A stretch of DNA of 64,000 bases from Deltaproteobacteria bacterium (GTDB lineage: Bacteria > Desulfobacterota > B13-G15 > RBG-16-54-18): NCBI GenBank assembly GCA_016927065.1, contig JAFGNJ010000019.1:4491-68490 (forward strand), in the 5' to 3' direction. The first letter of the stretch is position 1; each line of letters begins with the position of its first letter. Below the pieces are notes generated by a model. That model did not search any database. It was not told the DNA's origin and saw only the letters and a program-made list of their open reading frames with translations. The position numbers and the translations under genes are program-made. Below are positions 39,504-48,354 of the stretch, one piece after another.

Positions 39504-40337
39504 CTACCACCTTTTGCTGCTAGCGTCAAGCTGCGCTGTAAACGCCTCGGCTGCCTGATACCCCATCGGATTGCCCACGTCAAACCCCCTACCCTCCAGA
39601 ATCTTTCCCACTACTTCCTTTTTCCGGCAGAGCATTTGCAAGGCTGGGGTGTCATCCCACTCACCCTTCCCTTTCGCCCGTTCAAGGTACGAGAAAAAGT
39701 CCGGACCGAGGATCCAGTGCGCAGCAGCCTTGAGAACACCTTTATCTTCTTTGACGATGAGAGGATCGGGAGTCTTCCCTGATAAGCTATTGATCACTAC
39801 AATCCCTTGTTCCCTCTCTTCCCCCTGGACGATTCCGACATTACCGAACCCCTTAACTTCTTTCCCCCGCAAAGAAAGGAGGCCGACGATATCGCTTTTA
39901 CATTGCTCATAGAGGGGAATCATCTGACCCAACGCAGGGGTATCCCCGAAAAAGACAAAATCAGGCATCATAAGGGCAAAGGGTTCATCCCCTATCAACT
40001 CTCTGGCACGATAGATGGCATCGCCGGAACCCGCAGGTGTGGGTTGATCGATAAACGTCAAGCGTGGGGGAAGAATGTTCTGACCGTGACCTTCTCGAAT
40101 GCCTCGCATCATATCTCCTGATTCAAGGTAGCGGCGAAGGGGTTCCTTGTTTTTATTGATTACTAAGTAGAGTTCTTCCAGACCGGAGAGCACGGCCTCT
40201 TCGATGGCGTAGGAGATCATGGGTCTGCCCCCAATGGGGAGCATCTCCTTGGGCTGGTCTTTTGTCAAAGACTGCATCCTGATCCCCAACCCCGCGGCGG
40301 GGATAATGGCTTTAGTGATCTGTCGTGGCGTCTTCAA
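39504..40337 (-). CDS. Sugar-phosphate nucleotidyltransferase (GalU-like)
   Basis: ITKAIIPAAGLGIRM, PKEMLP, FDVGN; probable TTG start at 40337, because the longer ORF runs through repeats and a tRNA. Confidence 0.75.
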   Translation of the reverse strand: MKTPRQITKAIIPAAGLGIRMQSLTKDQPKEMLPIGGRPMISYAIEEAVLSGLEELYLVINKNKEPLRRYLESGDMMRGIREGHGQNILPPRLTFIDQPTPAGSGDAIYRARELIGDEPFALMMPDFVFFGDTPALGQMIPLYEQCKSDIVGLLSLRGKEVKGFGNVGIVQGEEREQGIVVINSLSGKTPDPLIVKEDKGVLKAAAHWILGPDFFSYLERAKGKGEWDDTPALQMLCRKKEVVGKILEGRGFDVGNPMGYQAAEAFTAQLDASSKRW

Positions 40338-40354
40338 GGTCAAAAGATGAGTTT

Positions 40355-40498
40355 TGCGTATCCGCCTCTCCGCCTTCGGCGGAGGGCGAGATCTCGTCAT
40401 GTTTTTTGACTTAAAATAAAAGGAGGCGGCTTCGCTTCTCCGTCTTCGGCGTAGCGCGAAATCTCGCCAATCTTTTTGCCCGGCAAAAAGATTGGCGG
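40355..40498. repeat. Two-unit mosaic repeat array attached to the tRNA-Ser(GCT) 3' end
   Basis: A motifs at 40355, 40425, 40494 (tRNA end); B motifs at 40387, 40457; hairpin spacers 22-26 nt. Confidence 0.8.
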
Positions 40499-40586
40499 AG
40501 AGAGAGGGATTCGAACCCTCGATCCCAGTTTCCCGGGATACTCGCTTAGCAGGCGAGCGCCTTCGGCCATACTCGGCCATCTCTCC
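40493..40586 (-). tRNA. tRNA-Ser(GCT)
   Basis: CTCGC-CTGCTAA-GCGAG anticodon arm, long variable arm, encoded CCA. Confidence 0.95.
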
Positions 40587-40767
40587 GCGGTTCTATTGCT
40601 GTGCGACAGTATACTATTGGCTTATAGCTAATAGCCTATAATCTTTGTATGAAATTTCAGCAAAACTTGCAATAGTTTTTATCATCCTAGCAAATCAAAA
40701 CATTCCTAATGTGCATACTTGATCTCTGGCAAGCATCTCAAACCAAAAGCTATTGGCTATAAGCCAC

Positions 40768-40810
40768 GCGTATCTCGCCATATTTTTTTGCAAGGCAAAA
40801 ATGATGGCGG
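40768..40810. repeat. Half mosaic repeat unit attached to the tRNA-Ser(TGA) 3' end
   Basis: GCGTATCTCGCC - 26 nt hairpin - GGCGG (tRNA end). Confidence 0.65.
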
Positions 40811-40893
40811 AGGGAGAGGGATTCGAACCCCCGTCTCCTTTCGGGAGAAGCGGTTTTCAAGACCGCCGCCTTAAGCCGCTCGGCCATCCCTCC
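40805..40893 (-). tRNA. tRNA-Ser(TGA)
   Basis: GCGGT-CTTGAAA-ACCGC anticodon arm, long variable arm, encoded CCA. Confidence 0.95.
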
Positions 40894-41015
40894 GAGATTC
40901 CCGCGGTAGCGGGAATACGATTAGCTTGTAACTTGTAACTAATAGCTTTTTCTAATTAATACAAAACACTCGAACCCAAGACCCCTCAGAATCCTCGGCC
41001 CCTTCTCTTATAATT

Positions 41016-42296
41016 TTACCTTTTCCGCTCTATCTTTTCAATGCCGCCCATATATGGCCGCAGGGCCTTGGGAACCACCACGCTGCCGTCCTCCTGCTGA
41101 TAGTTCTCGAGGACGGCCACCAGCGTCCTGCCCACGGCCAGGCCCGAACCGTTGAGGGTATGAACCAGTTCCGTCCCCTTTTTCCCCTCGCGGCGCAAGC
41201 GAATACCGGCCCGGCGGGCCTGAAACGTTTCGTAGATACTGCAGGAAGAAATCTCTTTAAATTCCCCCTGACCAGGGAGCCACACCTCGATATCATAGGT
41301 CTTGGAGGCGGCAAACCCTAAGTCTCCGGTGCAGAGGGCGACCACCCGATAGTGGATATCTAACCTGCGCAGGACCTCTTCGGCATCCCTCAAAAGCCCC
41401 TCCAACTCGGCGTACGAGGTCTCCGGCACGCAGAACTTGACCAGCTCCACCTTGTTGAATTGGTGCTGGCGGATGATACCCCGCGTGTCCTTCCCGTAGG
41501 AACCCGCCTCCTTGCGAAAACAGGGGGTATAGGCACAGTAGTACAGAGGCAAGTCCTGCTCGGAGAGGGTCTCATCCCGATGGATATTGGTCACCGGGAC
41601 CTCGGCCGTGGGGATGAGAAAGTAGTCTAACCCCTCGATCTTGAAGAGGTCCTCTTCGAACTTGGGGAGCTGCCCGGTGCCGGTCATCACATCTCGGTTA
41701 ACCATAAAGGGGGGCAAGACCTCCTGGTAGCCGTGCTCGTTGATGTGCAGATCGAGCATAAAGTTGATCAATGCCCGCTCCAGCCTGGCCCCCAGGTCCT
41801 TATACAGGGTAAACCGGGCCCCTGCCAGCTTGGCCCCCCTTTTAAAATCGAGGATACCAAGGGCCTCGCCGATATCCCAGTGGGGCTTGGGCTCAAATGA
41901 AAAGGCAGGCAGTTGACCGCACTTCCGTACCTCTTTGTTGTCCACTTCATTCTTTCCCACAGGGACCGACTCATGGGGGATATTGGGGATGACGAGGAGA
42001 AAGGACTGGAGCTTTTCCTCTTTTTCCTTCAGGTCTATCTCCAGCTTTTTGATCTCCTGGGAGACCTCGCGCATCTGGGCGACCAAATCCTCAGCCGCAT
42101 CACCTTTCTGTTTGATTTTGCTGATCTCATCCGATACCTGATTGCGCTGGCTCCGAAGGGCCTCGACGTTTTGGATAAGGTCCCGACGCTCCTGGTCAAC
42201 CTGGATAAAGGAATTCAGATCAAGATCGTCACCCCGCAAGGTTAGCTTTTTCTTAAGGAGATCTATGTTTTCTCTCACAAACCGCAGATCAAGCAC
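41016..42296 (-). CDS. serS: Seryl-tRNA synthetase
   Basis: [11 protein letters not shown]-terminal coiled coil, [34 protein letters not shown]. Confidence 0.97.
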   Translation of the reverse strand: MLDLRFVRENIDLLKKKLTLRGDDLDLNSFIQVDQERRDLIQNVEALRSQRNQVSDEISKIKQKGDAAEDLVAQMREVSQEIKKLEIDLKEKEEKLQSFLLVIPNIPHESVPVGKNEVDNKEVRKCGQLPAFSFEPKPHWDIGEALGILDFKRGAKLAGARFTLYKDLGARLERALINFMLDLHINEHGYQEVLPPFMVNRDVMTGTGQLPKFEEDLFKIEGLDYFLIPTAEVPVTNIHRDETLSEQDLPLYYCAYTPCFRKEAGSYGKDTRGIIRQHQFNKVELVKFCVPETSYAELEGLLRDAEEVLRRLDIHYRVVALCTGDLGFAASKTYDIEVWLPGQGEFKEISSCSIYETFQARRAGIRLRREGKKGTELVHTLNGSGLAVGRTLVAVLENYQQEDGSVVVPKALRPYMGGIEKIERKR

Positions 42297-42376
42297 GCTT
42301 ATCCGCCCCTTTCCAAGCGATACGAGGGTGAAACGAAATTAACGTTCAATATCTTTCTAACATCTTCAAGTAACTA

Positions 42377-42970
42377 TTATTTCATTAGCTCGTCGGCCTT
42401 GTCGTAGTCAGCATCTGCCTTGTCATACTCACCTTTGGCCTCCCAGCAGTAGCTGCGAGCGTCGTAGGCGTTGGCGTGTTTCGGGTTTATCTCTATGACC
42501 CTGGTGAAATCGGCTATGGCCCTGTCATAATTGCCCTTGTCATACCAGATGAGGCCGCGGTTGTAGTAGGAACTGGCGTGTTTCGGGTTGATCTCGATGG
42601 CCTTAGTGTAGTCGGCAAAGGCCTTATCATTGTCACCCTTTTTGCCCCAGGAGCAGCCGCGGTCGTAGTAGGCAAGGCCATCCATCGGGTTGATCGCTAT
42701 GGCCTTGGTGAAATCAACAATGGCCTTGTCCGCGTCACCTTTGTGAACCCAGGCGAGGCCGCGGTTGTAGTAGGTTATAGCCAGGTCCGCCTGAGAAAGC
42801 TCGCCCGACTCAATGGCCTTGTTGCAGAGCCTGATGGCCTCGTCATAGTTGCGACCATTGAGTGCCGCCAGGCCGGCCTTGGCATCGTCCAAACCGCCTG
42901 CCCCAGCCGGCGAGGTGAAGCAAACCATCAGGGATAAGAAGAGCAATACCGTAAGCAGAATCTTTTTCAT
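42377..42970 (-). CDS. Exported tetratricopeptide repeat protein
   Basis: Signal peptide MKKILLTVLL..AGA; 34-aa repeats YYNRG..KGD.DKA.ADFTKAI.INP. Confidence 0.85.
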   Translation of the reverse strand: MKKILLTVLLFLSLMVCFTSPAGAGGLDDAKAGLAALNGRNYDEAIRLCNKAIESGELSQADLAITYYNRGLAWVHKGDADKAIVDFTKAIAINPMDGLAYYDRGCSWGKKGDNDKAFADYTKAIEINPKHASSYYNRGLIWYDKGNYDRAIADFTRVIEINPKHANAYDARSYCWEAKGEYDKADADYDKADELMK

Positions 42971-43084
42971 AACTGATCCCCCTTTCTGGCTGAGGGAAAA
43001 AAATTTGATGAATCTACTCCTCTCACTGATGTGAACTATAGCTTTATTTCCCCAAACGATCAAGATAAAAGGAAATTTATTCAA

Positions 43085-45619
43085 TTAACTCAACGCCTTT
43101 TTCAGAAACCCCCCGGTATAGGAATGAGCGCAAGCAGCCACCTCTTCCGGGGTACCCATTGTAATCACCTCCCCCCCTGCATCCCCCCCTTCCGGCCCCA
43201 GGTCGATGATATAGTCGGCGGACTTGATCACATCGAGGTTGTGCTCGATGACGATGACGGTATTGCCGGCATCCACGAGGCGGTTGAGGACATCAAGGAG
43301 CCGCTGGATCTCGGCAAAGTGCAGGCCGGTGGTGGGCTCATCGAGGATGTAGACGGTTCTGCCGGTGTCCCGCTTGCCCAGTTCCCGCGCCAACTTCACT
43401 CGCTGGGCCTCACCACCGGAGAGGGTCGGGGCGGGCTGTCCCAACTGTATGTATCCAAGCCCCACATCGTCCAATATACCAAGTCTCTTCTTCAAGGGTG
43501 GGATGTGACGGAAGAACTCCAGGGCCTCCTCCACTGTCATCTTCAGGACCTCCGCAATATCCCTCCCTTTGTACCTGATCTCCAAGGTCTCGCGGTTGAA
43601 GCGCATCCCCTTGCACTCATCGCAGGTCACGTAGACATCAGGAAGAAAGTGCATCTCTATTCTAATAATGCCCTCTCCTTGACACGCCTCACACCTTCCC
43701 CCCTTAACATTGAAGCTGAATCTCCCTTGGGGATAGCCTCTCACTCGCGATTCGGGGAGCTGGACAAAGAGATCACGGATGATGGTGAAGACCCCGGTAT
43801 ACGTTGCAGGGTTGGATCGCGAGGTCCTGCCGATGGGCATTTGGTCGATTTTAACCACCTTATCCACCCCTTCGGTTCCCTGAAGGGCCGTAAACTCACC
43901 GGGTAATTCCCTGGCGCTGTGAAGCTCTTGGGCCAGGGCCCGGTGGAGGGTGTCGATGACAAGGGTACTCTTGCCGGAGCCTGAAACCCCGGTCACACAG
44001 GTAAAGACCCCGTACGGTATTGCTACCGTTATCCCCTTGAGGTTGTTAGCCTTAGCCCCCTTGATGACCAATGATCCCTTCTCACTTTTTCTCCTCTGCG
44101 CAGGGATAGGGATGGTAAGGCGATGGGAGAGGTACTGCCCGGTTAAGGATTCTTTGTCTTTCATCAATGCTTGCGGGGTGCCTGCAAAAACTATTGCACC
44201 TCCATGCACCCCTGCACCAGGCCCCATGTCGATAACGTGATCGGCGGAGAGCACGGTCTGGGGGTCGTGCTCCACCACAATGACGGTGTTACCAAGATCG
44301 CGCAACTGTTTGAGGGTATCCAACAATCTGAGATTATCCCGCAGGTGCAGGCCGATGCTCGGTTCATCGAGGACGTAGAGGACCCCGGTGAGGCCCGATC
44401 CTATCTGCGTGGCCAGCCTGATCCTCTCCCCCTCACCGCCGGAGAGGGTCGCGGCGGTCCGATCGAGGGAGAGATAGGTGAGTCCCACACGGACAAGAAA
44501 ACTGAGCCGCTCCCTGATCTCCCGCAATACGAGTTTCGCAATCTCCTCCTCCTGCGGGGTAAGCGTGACACCCCCAAAAAAAGCGAGGGCATCTTGAATG
44601 GAGAGCTGCGTTATCTCAGTGATGGACCTCCCTTGAAAACGCACGTGGAGGGCCTCTCTGCGCAGCCGAGCCCCCCCGCACACCGGACAAGGGGCAGTAC
44701 CCACTTCCTCCTCAGTTGCCTCAAATGTCGGGAATTCATTGGATACGGGGTGTTCCCATGAGGGAAGAAACCCCAGTCCGCTACAACGCTGGCACGCCCC
44801 ATAGGGGCTGTTAAAGGAAAAGAGTCGGGGGGATAGCTCAGGATAACTCACACCGCATTCCAGACAGGAGAAGCGTTCGCTGAAGACAAGTTCCTCACCC
44901 TCATCCGCCGTCACCTTTACCAGCCCTTCACCATAGCGCAGGGCCAACTCTACCGATTCGGTGATCCTGTTCTTGGCCCCTGCACGCATCACGATCCGAT
45001 CAACCACCAGATCGATGTCGTGACGCTTGTTTTTGTCGAGGGCAATCTCCTCACTCAGGTCCTTGATCTCACCGTCGATCCTCACCCTGATAAACCCCTC
45101 ACCCCTGAGTTGATCCAGGAGCTTCCTGTACTCCCCCTTGCGTCCCTGCACGAGGGGCGCTATGACGACCAGTCGGCTCCCCTCGGGGAGTGTGAGGAGC
45201 TGATCGACCATCTGTTGAGGAGTCTGTGATCGGATCTCCCGACCGCAGATATAGCAGTGGGGATGGCCCACCCGGGCGAAGAGGAGGCGGAGATAGTCGT
45301 AGATCTCCGTCACCGTCCCCACGGTGGAGCGCGGGTTCCGGCTGAGCCCCTTCTGTTCGATGGCGATGGCGGGGGAGAGACCCTCGATGAAATCCACATC
45401 GGGCTTGTCCATCCGCTCCAAAAACTGCCTGGCATAGGCGGAGAGGGATTCCACATACCTCCTCTGTCCTTCGGCGTAGATGGTATCAAAGGCAAGAGAG
45501 GATTTCCCCGACCCGCTGACCCCGGTGAGTACCACCAACCGTCCTTTGGGGATCTCCAGATCTATGTCCTTGAGATTGTGCTGTCTCGCCCCTTTAATGA
45601 CTATCGTATCTTCTCTCAT
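43085..45619 (-). CDS. uvrA: Excinuclease ABC subunit A (short form, insertion domain absent)
   Basis: Two GVSGSGKS Walker A motifs, LSGGE signatures, LDEP, zinc modules; 844 aa. Confidence 0.95.
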   Translation of the reverse strand: MREDTIVIKGARQHNLKDIDLEIPKGRLVVLTGVSGSGKSSLAFDTIYAEGQRRYVESLSAYARQFLERMDKPDVDFIEGLSPAIAIEQKGLSRNPRSTVGTVTEIYDYLRLLFARVGHPHCYICGREIRSQTPQQMVDQLLTLPEGSRLVVIAPLVQGRKGEYRKLLDQLRGEGFIRVRIDGEIKDLSEEIALDKNKRHDIDLVVDRIVMRAGAKNRITESVELALRYGEGLVKVTADEGEELVFSERFSCLECGVSYPELSPRLFSFNSPYGACQRCSGLGFLPSWEHPVSNEFPTFEATEEEVGTAPCPVCGGARLRREALHVRFQGRSITEITQLSIQDALAFFGGVTLTPQEEEIAKLVLREIRERLSFLVRVGLTYLSLDRTAATLSGGEGERIRLATQIGSGLTGVLYVLDEPSIGLHLRDNLRLLDTLKQLRDLGNTVIVVEHDPQTVLSADHVIDMGPGAGVHGGAIVFAGTPQALMKDKESLTGQYLSHRLTIPIPAQRRKSEKGSLVIKGAKANNLKGITVAIPYGVFTCVTGVSGSGKSTLVIDTLHRALAQELHSARELPGEFTALQGTEGVDKVVKIDQMPIGRTSRSNPATYTGVFTIIRDLFVQLPESRVRGYPQGRFSFNVKGGRCEACQGEGIIRIEMHFLPDVYVTCDECKGMRFNRETLEIRYKGRDIAEVLKMTVEEALEFFRHIPPLKKRLGILDDVGLGYIQLGQPAPTLSGGEAQRVKLARELGKRDTGRTVYILDEPTTGLHFAEIQRLLDVLNRLVDAGNTVIVIEHNLDVIKSADYIIDLGPEGGDAGGEVITMGTPEEVAACAHSYTGGFLKKALS

Positions 45620-45861
45620 ACGCGAACCCTTGTCAGGGATATCAATCCCTCCTTACAAACATATCACATTCCTTTCTGAGGACTCAACGGTGCAAACGAG
45701 GAACCCTGTGTAGCCTCCTCATGAGGCAATACCCGTTACCATCATAAGGGTATGGCATGTATCATGCATATGATTTTAGACTAAGGAATAATTGACAAAA
45801 GTTTTATTTTGGCTTTTACTATCGATTAACGTTTTACTTAATGTAAGGAGCAAGATATCGT

Positions 45862-46164
45862 ATGTTAGCCATCCTTCAAGAAATATTTGATATCATGTAT
45901 GGAGCAAGAGTGTACCTCCCGGATATCAAGATAACCATCGGCATTGCCATTGTTCTGGCACTAATAATATACTTCAAAGGACCTGTGGGTGCTTTGATCA
46001 CGTCTATACTGGTAACCATCCTTGTTGCAAAATCCTACTTCGCTGATAGTGATCTATATACTGTATCAATGGACAAGGCAGTCGCCGGCCTGATACTTGG
46101 ACTCACCGCCTTTCTCATAAATCTCTACTTCCTCGTCCGTTCTCTTGCCGACTGGAGAGACTAA
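45862..46164 (+). CDS. Small membrane protein (about 3 TM)
   Basis: RBS AAGGAG; hydrophobic 100-aa ORF. Confidence 0.65.
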   Translation: MLAILQEIFDIMYGARVYLPDIKITIGIAIVLALIIYFKGPVGALITSILVTILVAKSYFADSDLYTVSMDKAVAGLILGLTAFLINLYFLVRSLADWRD

Positions 46165-46319
46165 AATCCCTCTCATGCCCTATAAATCTCAGCTTTTTCC
46201 TTCTACTTTTTAGCGGAGCAGAAGTCAAATAAAAAACAGTTTGCCGTCTTGATTTCCGCGATTCAGAATGCTAATTTTAGATTATAAGCAATGCCTACAA
46301 CATACTGAGGTTTCTATCA

Positions 46320-47654
46320 ATGAAAAACGGCTCCTATCAAAAAAGAATCATGGGGATATATTCGTATATCAGTGAAAATCTCTACCTCAACAGACCGGAT
46401 ATAGAGATCAAAGGAAACCATTTCAACTCAACCCTCTTCTTCGGGATCCTGACCGGCCTCAATAGGGGCAAGGAACTGATCATTGGGGAACCTGGGTTGG
46501 GCAAGACCACTTCAGCTGAGTACATAGGTTCTATCCTCTACCAATATCCCCTCGGAACCATCTGGGGAAGCGAAGTCTCCGGGCATCCTGAACAAACGGA
46601 GGAAAAGATTATCGGGCGGCCCGATCTCGGTGAGCTCAATCAGGGCAAGGAGCAGGTGGTCTGGAGCAATTTCGCACAGATCCCCGTGAAGATCGTGGAT
46701 GAGCTAAATCGTCTCCCTGAGACTAAACAAAGCATGATCTTGAATGGGGTCGATCGAGGAAACTGGGAATACCTCAATGAAATCCTTATCAATAACGAAT
46801 ATTCTCTCTTTGCAACGTCCAACTATCAAGACCGAGGGACAAACACCATTATCTCCCCTCTCATCGACCGGTTCGATGTCCTTATAGAATCGAGACACCC
46901 AGGTGCAAACATAGCATATAGCATCGGTAAAGAGGCGGAGACGAACCATATCCTAAGACACCCTGAATATGAAAAAGAACTTCACCATATATTAAGGGCA
47001 GATAAACCTTATCAAGAAAAGATGGCACTGGCCGAGGGGATCTGCGATCTTTTCGGCAAATACCTCAAAGAACAGCTAGAAGTGGAAGGGCTTACTCTAG
47101 GTGAGAGAAAAAAGGTCAAGGAAGAGATGTCGGAACTAGAGTTCGATGTAGATGCCAACGCCTTCGTACGGATGGCGCTGGCCGAACTTTCATTCTGCTA
47201 TAAGTACGGACAAAAGAGGTCGGTGGACAACTGTGAGGAAGGATGTCACTATACAGGATATCTCTGCCATGACATCAAAAATTGTGCCTCCAATCGTCTC
47301 CCCGTATCCCTTAGAAATTACGCTCAGGCCGCAGCCTGGTTTTTGGAGGATGAGGGGGTAGACTTAGAACATGCTCGCTTGATCATGCCGCACGTCCTTG
47401 CTCACCGAATCCAGTGGAAAGATTCCTACCTTTCCAAAAAGGAAGGGGAGGCAAGGGATGACCCCTTCCCAATATATCTAGCCAAGGAAGCAACGGAGGA
47501 GATATTTCAACGCTACACCGAACAGAGAGAATATCTCCTGGAGGCCCTCTCGGTGGGATATAGAGCCTTCGCTGGAGAAGAGGCGTCCCTCCTTGAGGGA
47601 GACCATCCTATTTATGAAGAAATTAAAAAGGATGTCGGATTCAAGAATGAATAA
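46320..47654 (+). CDS. MoxR-like AAA+ ATPase
   Basis: GEPGLGKT, IVDELNRL, ATSN, LIDRFD. Confidence 0.85.
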   Translation: MKNGSYQKRIMGIYSYISENLYLNRPDIEIKGNHFNSTLFFGILTGLNRGKELIIGEPGLGKTTSAEYIGSILYQYPLGTIWGSEVSGHPEQTEEKIIGRPDLGELNQGKEQVVWSNFAQIPVKIVDELNRLPETKQSMILNGVDRGNWEYLNEILINNEYSLFATSNYQDRGTNTIISPLIDRFDVLIESRHPGANIAYSIGKEAETNHILRHPEYEKELHHILRADKPYQEKMALAEGICDLFGKYLKEQLEVEGLTLGERKKVKEEMSELEFDVDANAFVRMALAELSFCYKYGQKRSVDNCEEGCHYTGYLCHDIKNCASNRLPVSLRNYAQAAAWFLEDEGVDLEHARLIMPHVLAHRIQWKDSYLSKKEGEARDDPFPIYLAKEATEEIFQRYTEQREYLLEALSVGYRAFAGEEASLLEGDHPIYEEIKKDVGFKNE

Positions 47655-48345
47655 TCCCTTTGAGGCATTTCAACAATCCGTCGCTCACAATCGTACAATA
47701 CCCTTGGATAACATCTTAAAATCCAAAGGAGAAACGCTCAATAAGATTCTCACGGGGTATGAAGAACTTCTCAAGAACGAAGCAAAAGACTTAGTATGGC
47801 TCATGCAATATAGCACCGTCATCAAGGCCTACAGCATAGCCGAAAAGGGGATAGTGGAAATCGATTATACGGCTGAAGATATCGAGGAGTTTTGCTATGC
47901 CCTTGACCATTCCGACCAGATTCCCTACCTCATAACTGGTCCTGCCGGAGTATACGTCTCTGTCCTGTGCAACCACGCAAAAGAGGAGGAAATTAACCTT
48001 CACCTGCGGGATCTCAATGTCAAGATTAACTTATTGGGTTACCGCCTCCCCTACAATAAAAAATTAGTTGTAGAGGGGAATGTAGGTGACTTTGCAGGGA
48101 TAGGATTGGATGGAGGTGAACTGATCATCGAGGGGAGCGGAAAAAACTATACAGGTGCAGGAATGAAGCAGGGTAAGATCTATGTGCGGCATAACCTCGG
48201 TTTTAACACCGGCCACGGTATGACAGGCGGGCAACTGATTGTAGGGGGGCGGATTAAAGGGTTAGGGAAAATAGTGGGAGGAGAAATATACGAGAGGGAT
48301 CAGCTCATTTTTCCTCCTGATGGGATAAAACCTTTTAATTTTTGA
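47647..48345 (+). CDS. Protein with C-terminal GXGXG (FwdC/GltB-like) beta-helix
   Basis: VEGNVGDFAGIGLDGG.LIIEGSGKNYTGAGMKQG.IYV..NLGFNTGHGMTGG; ATG at 47647 overlaps the AAA gene end. Confidence 0.75.
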   Translation: MNNPFEAFQQSVAHNRTIPLDNILKSKGETLNKILTGYEELLKNEAKDLVWLMQYSTVIKAYSIAEKGIVEIDYTAEDIEEFCYALDHSDQIPYLITGPAGVYVSVLCNHAKEEEINLHLRDLNVKINLLGYRLPYNKKLVVEGNVGDFAGIGLDGGELIIEGSGKNYTGAGMKQGKIYVRHNLGFNTGHGMTGGQLIVGGRIKGLGKIVGGEIYERDQLIFPPDGIKPFNF

Positions 48346-48354
48346 CCATTAACA

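Noticed and set aside
40355-40498. Integron attC sites
   Set aside because: Bulged inverted repeats are reminiscent, but there are no RYYYAAC/GTTRRRY cores, no cassette ORFs between units and no integrase.
40338-40580. N-terminal extension of ORF 39504..40580
   Set aside because: It overlaps tRNA-Ser(GCT) and the repeat array; family similarity begins only at ITKAIIPAAG.
40805-40893. tRNA-Sec
   Set aside because: The anticodon is TGA (reads UCA, Ser), not TCA, and the acceptor stem is a normal 7 bp.
40610-41005. Short degenerate 7-8 bp runs (ctattgg/cttatag/ctaatag near 40614; actcgaaccc..cctcggcccc near 40968)
   Set aside because: Too short and degenerate to support a defined element.
43031-43906. 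Long opposite-strand ORFs (e.g. 43031..43906, 14121..14936, 506..1135, 29991..30710, 49593..50336)
   Set aside because: Antisense shadows of well-supported genes, with no recognisable motifs.
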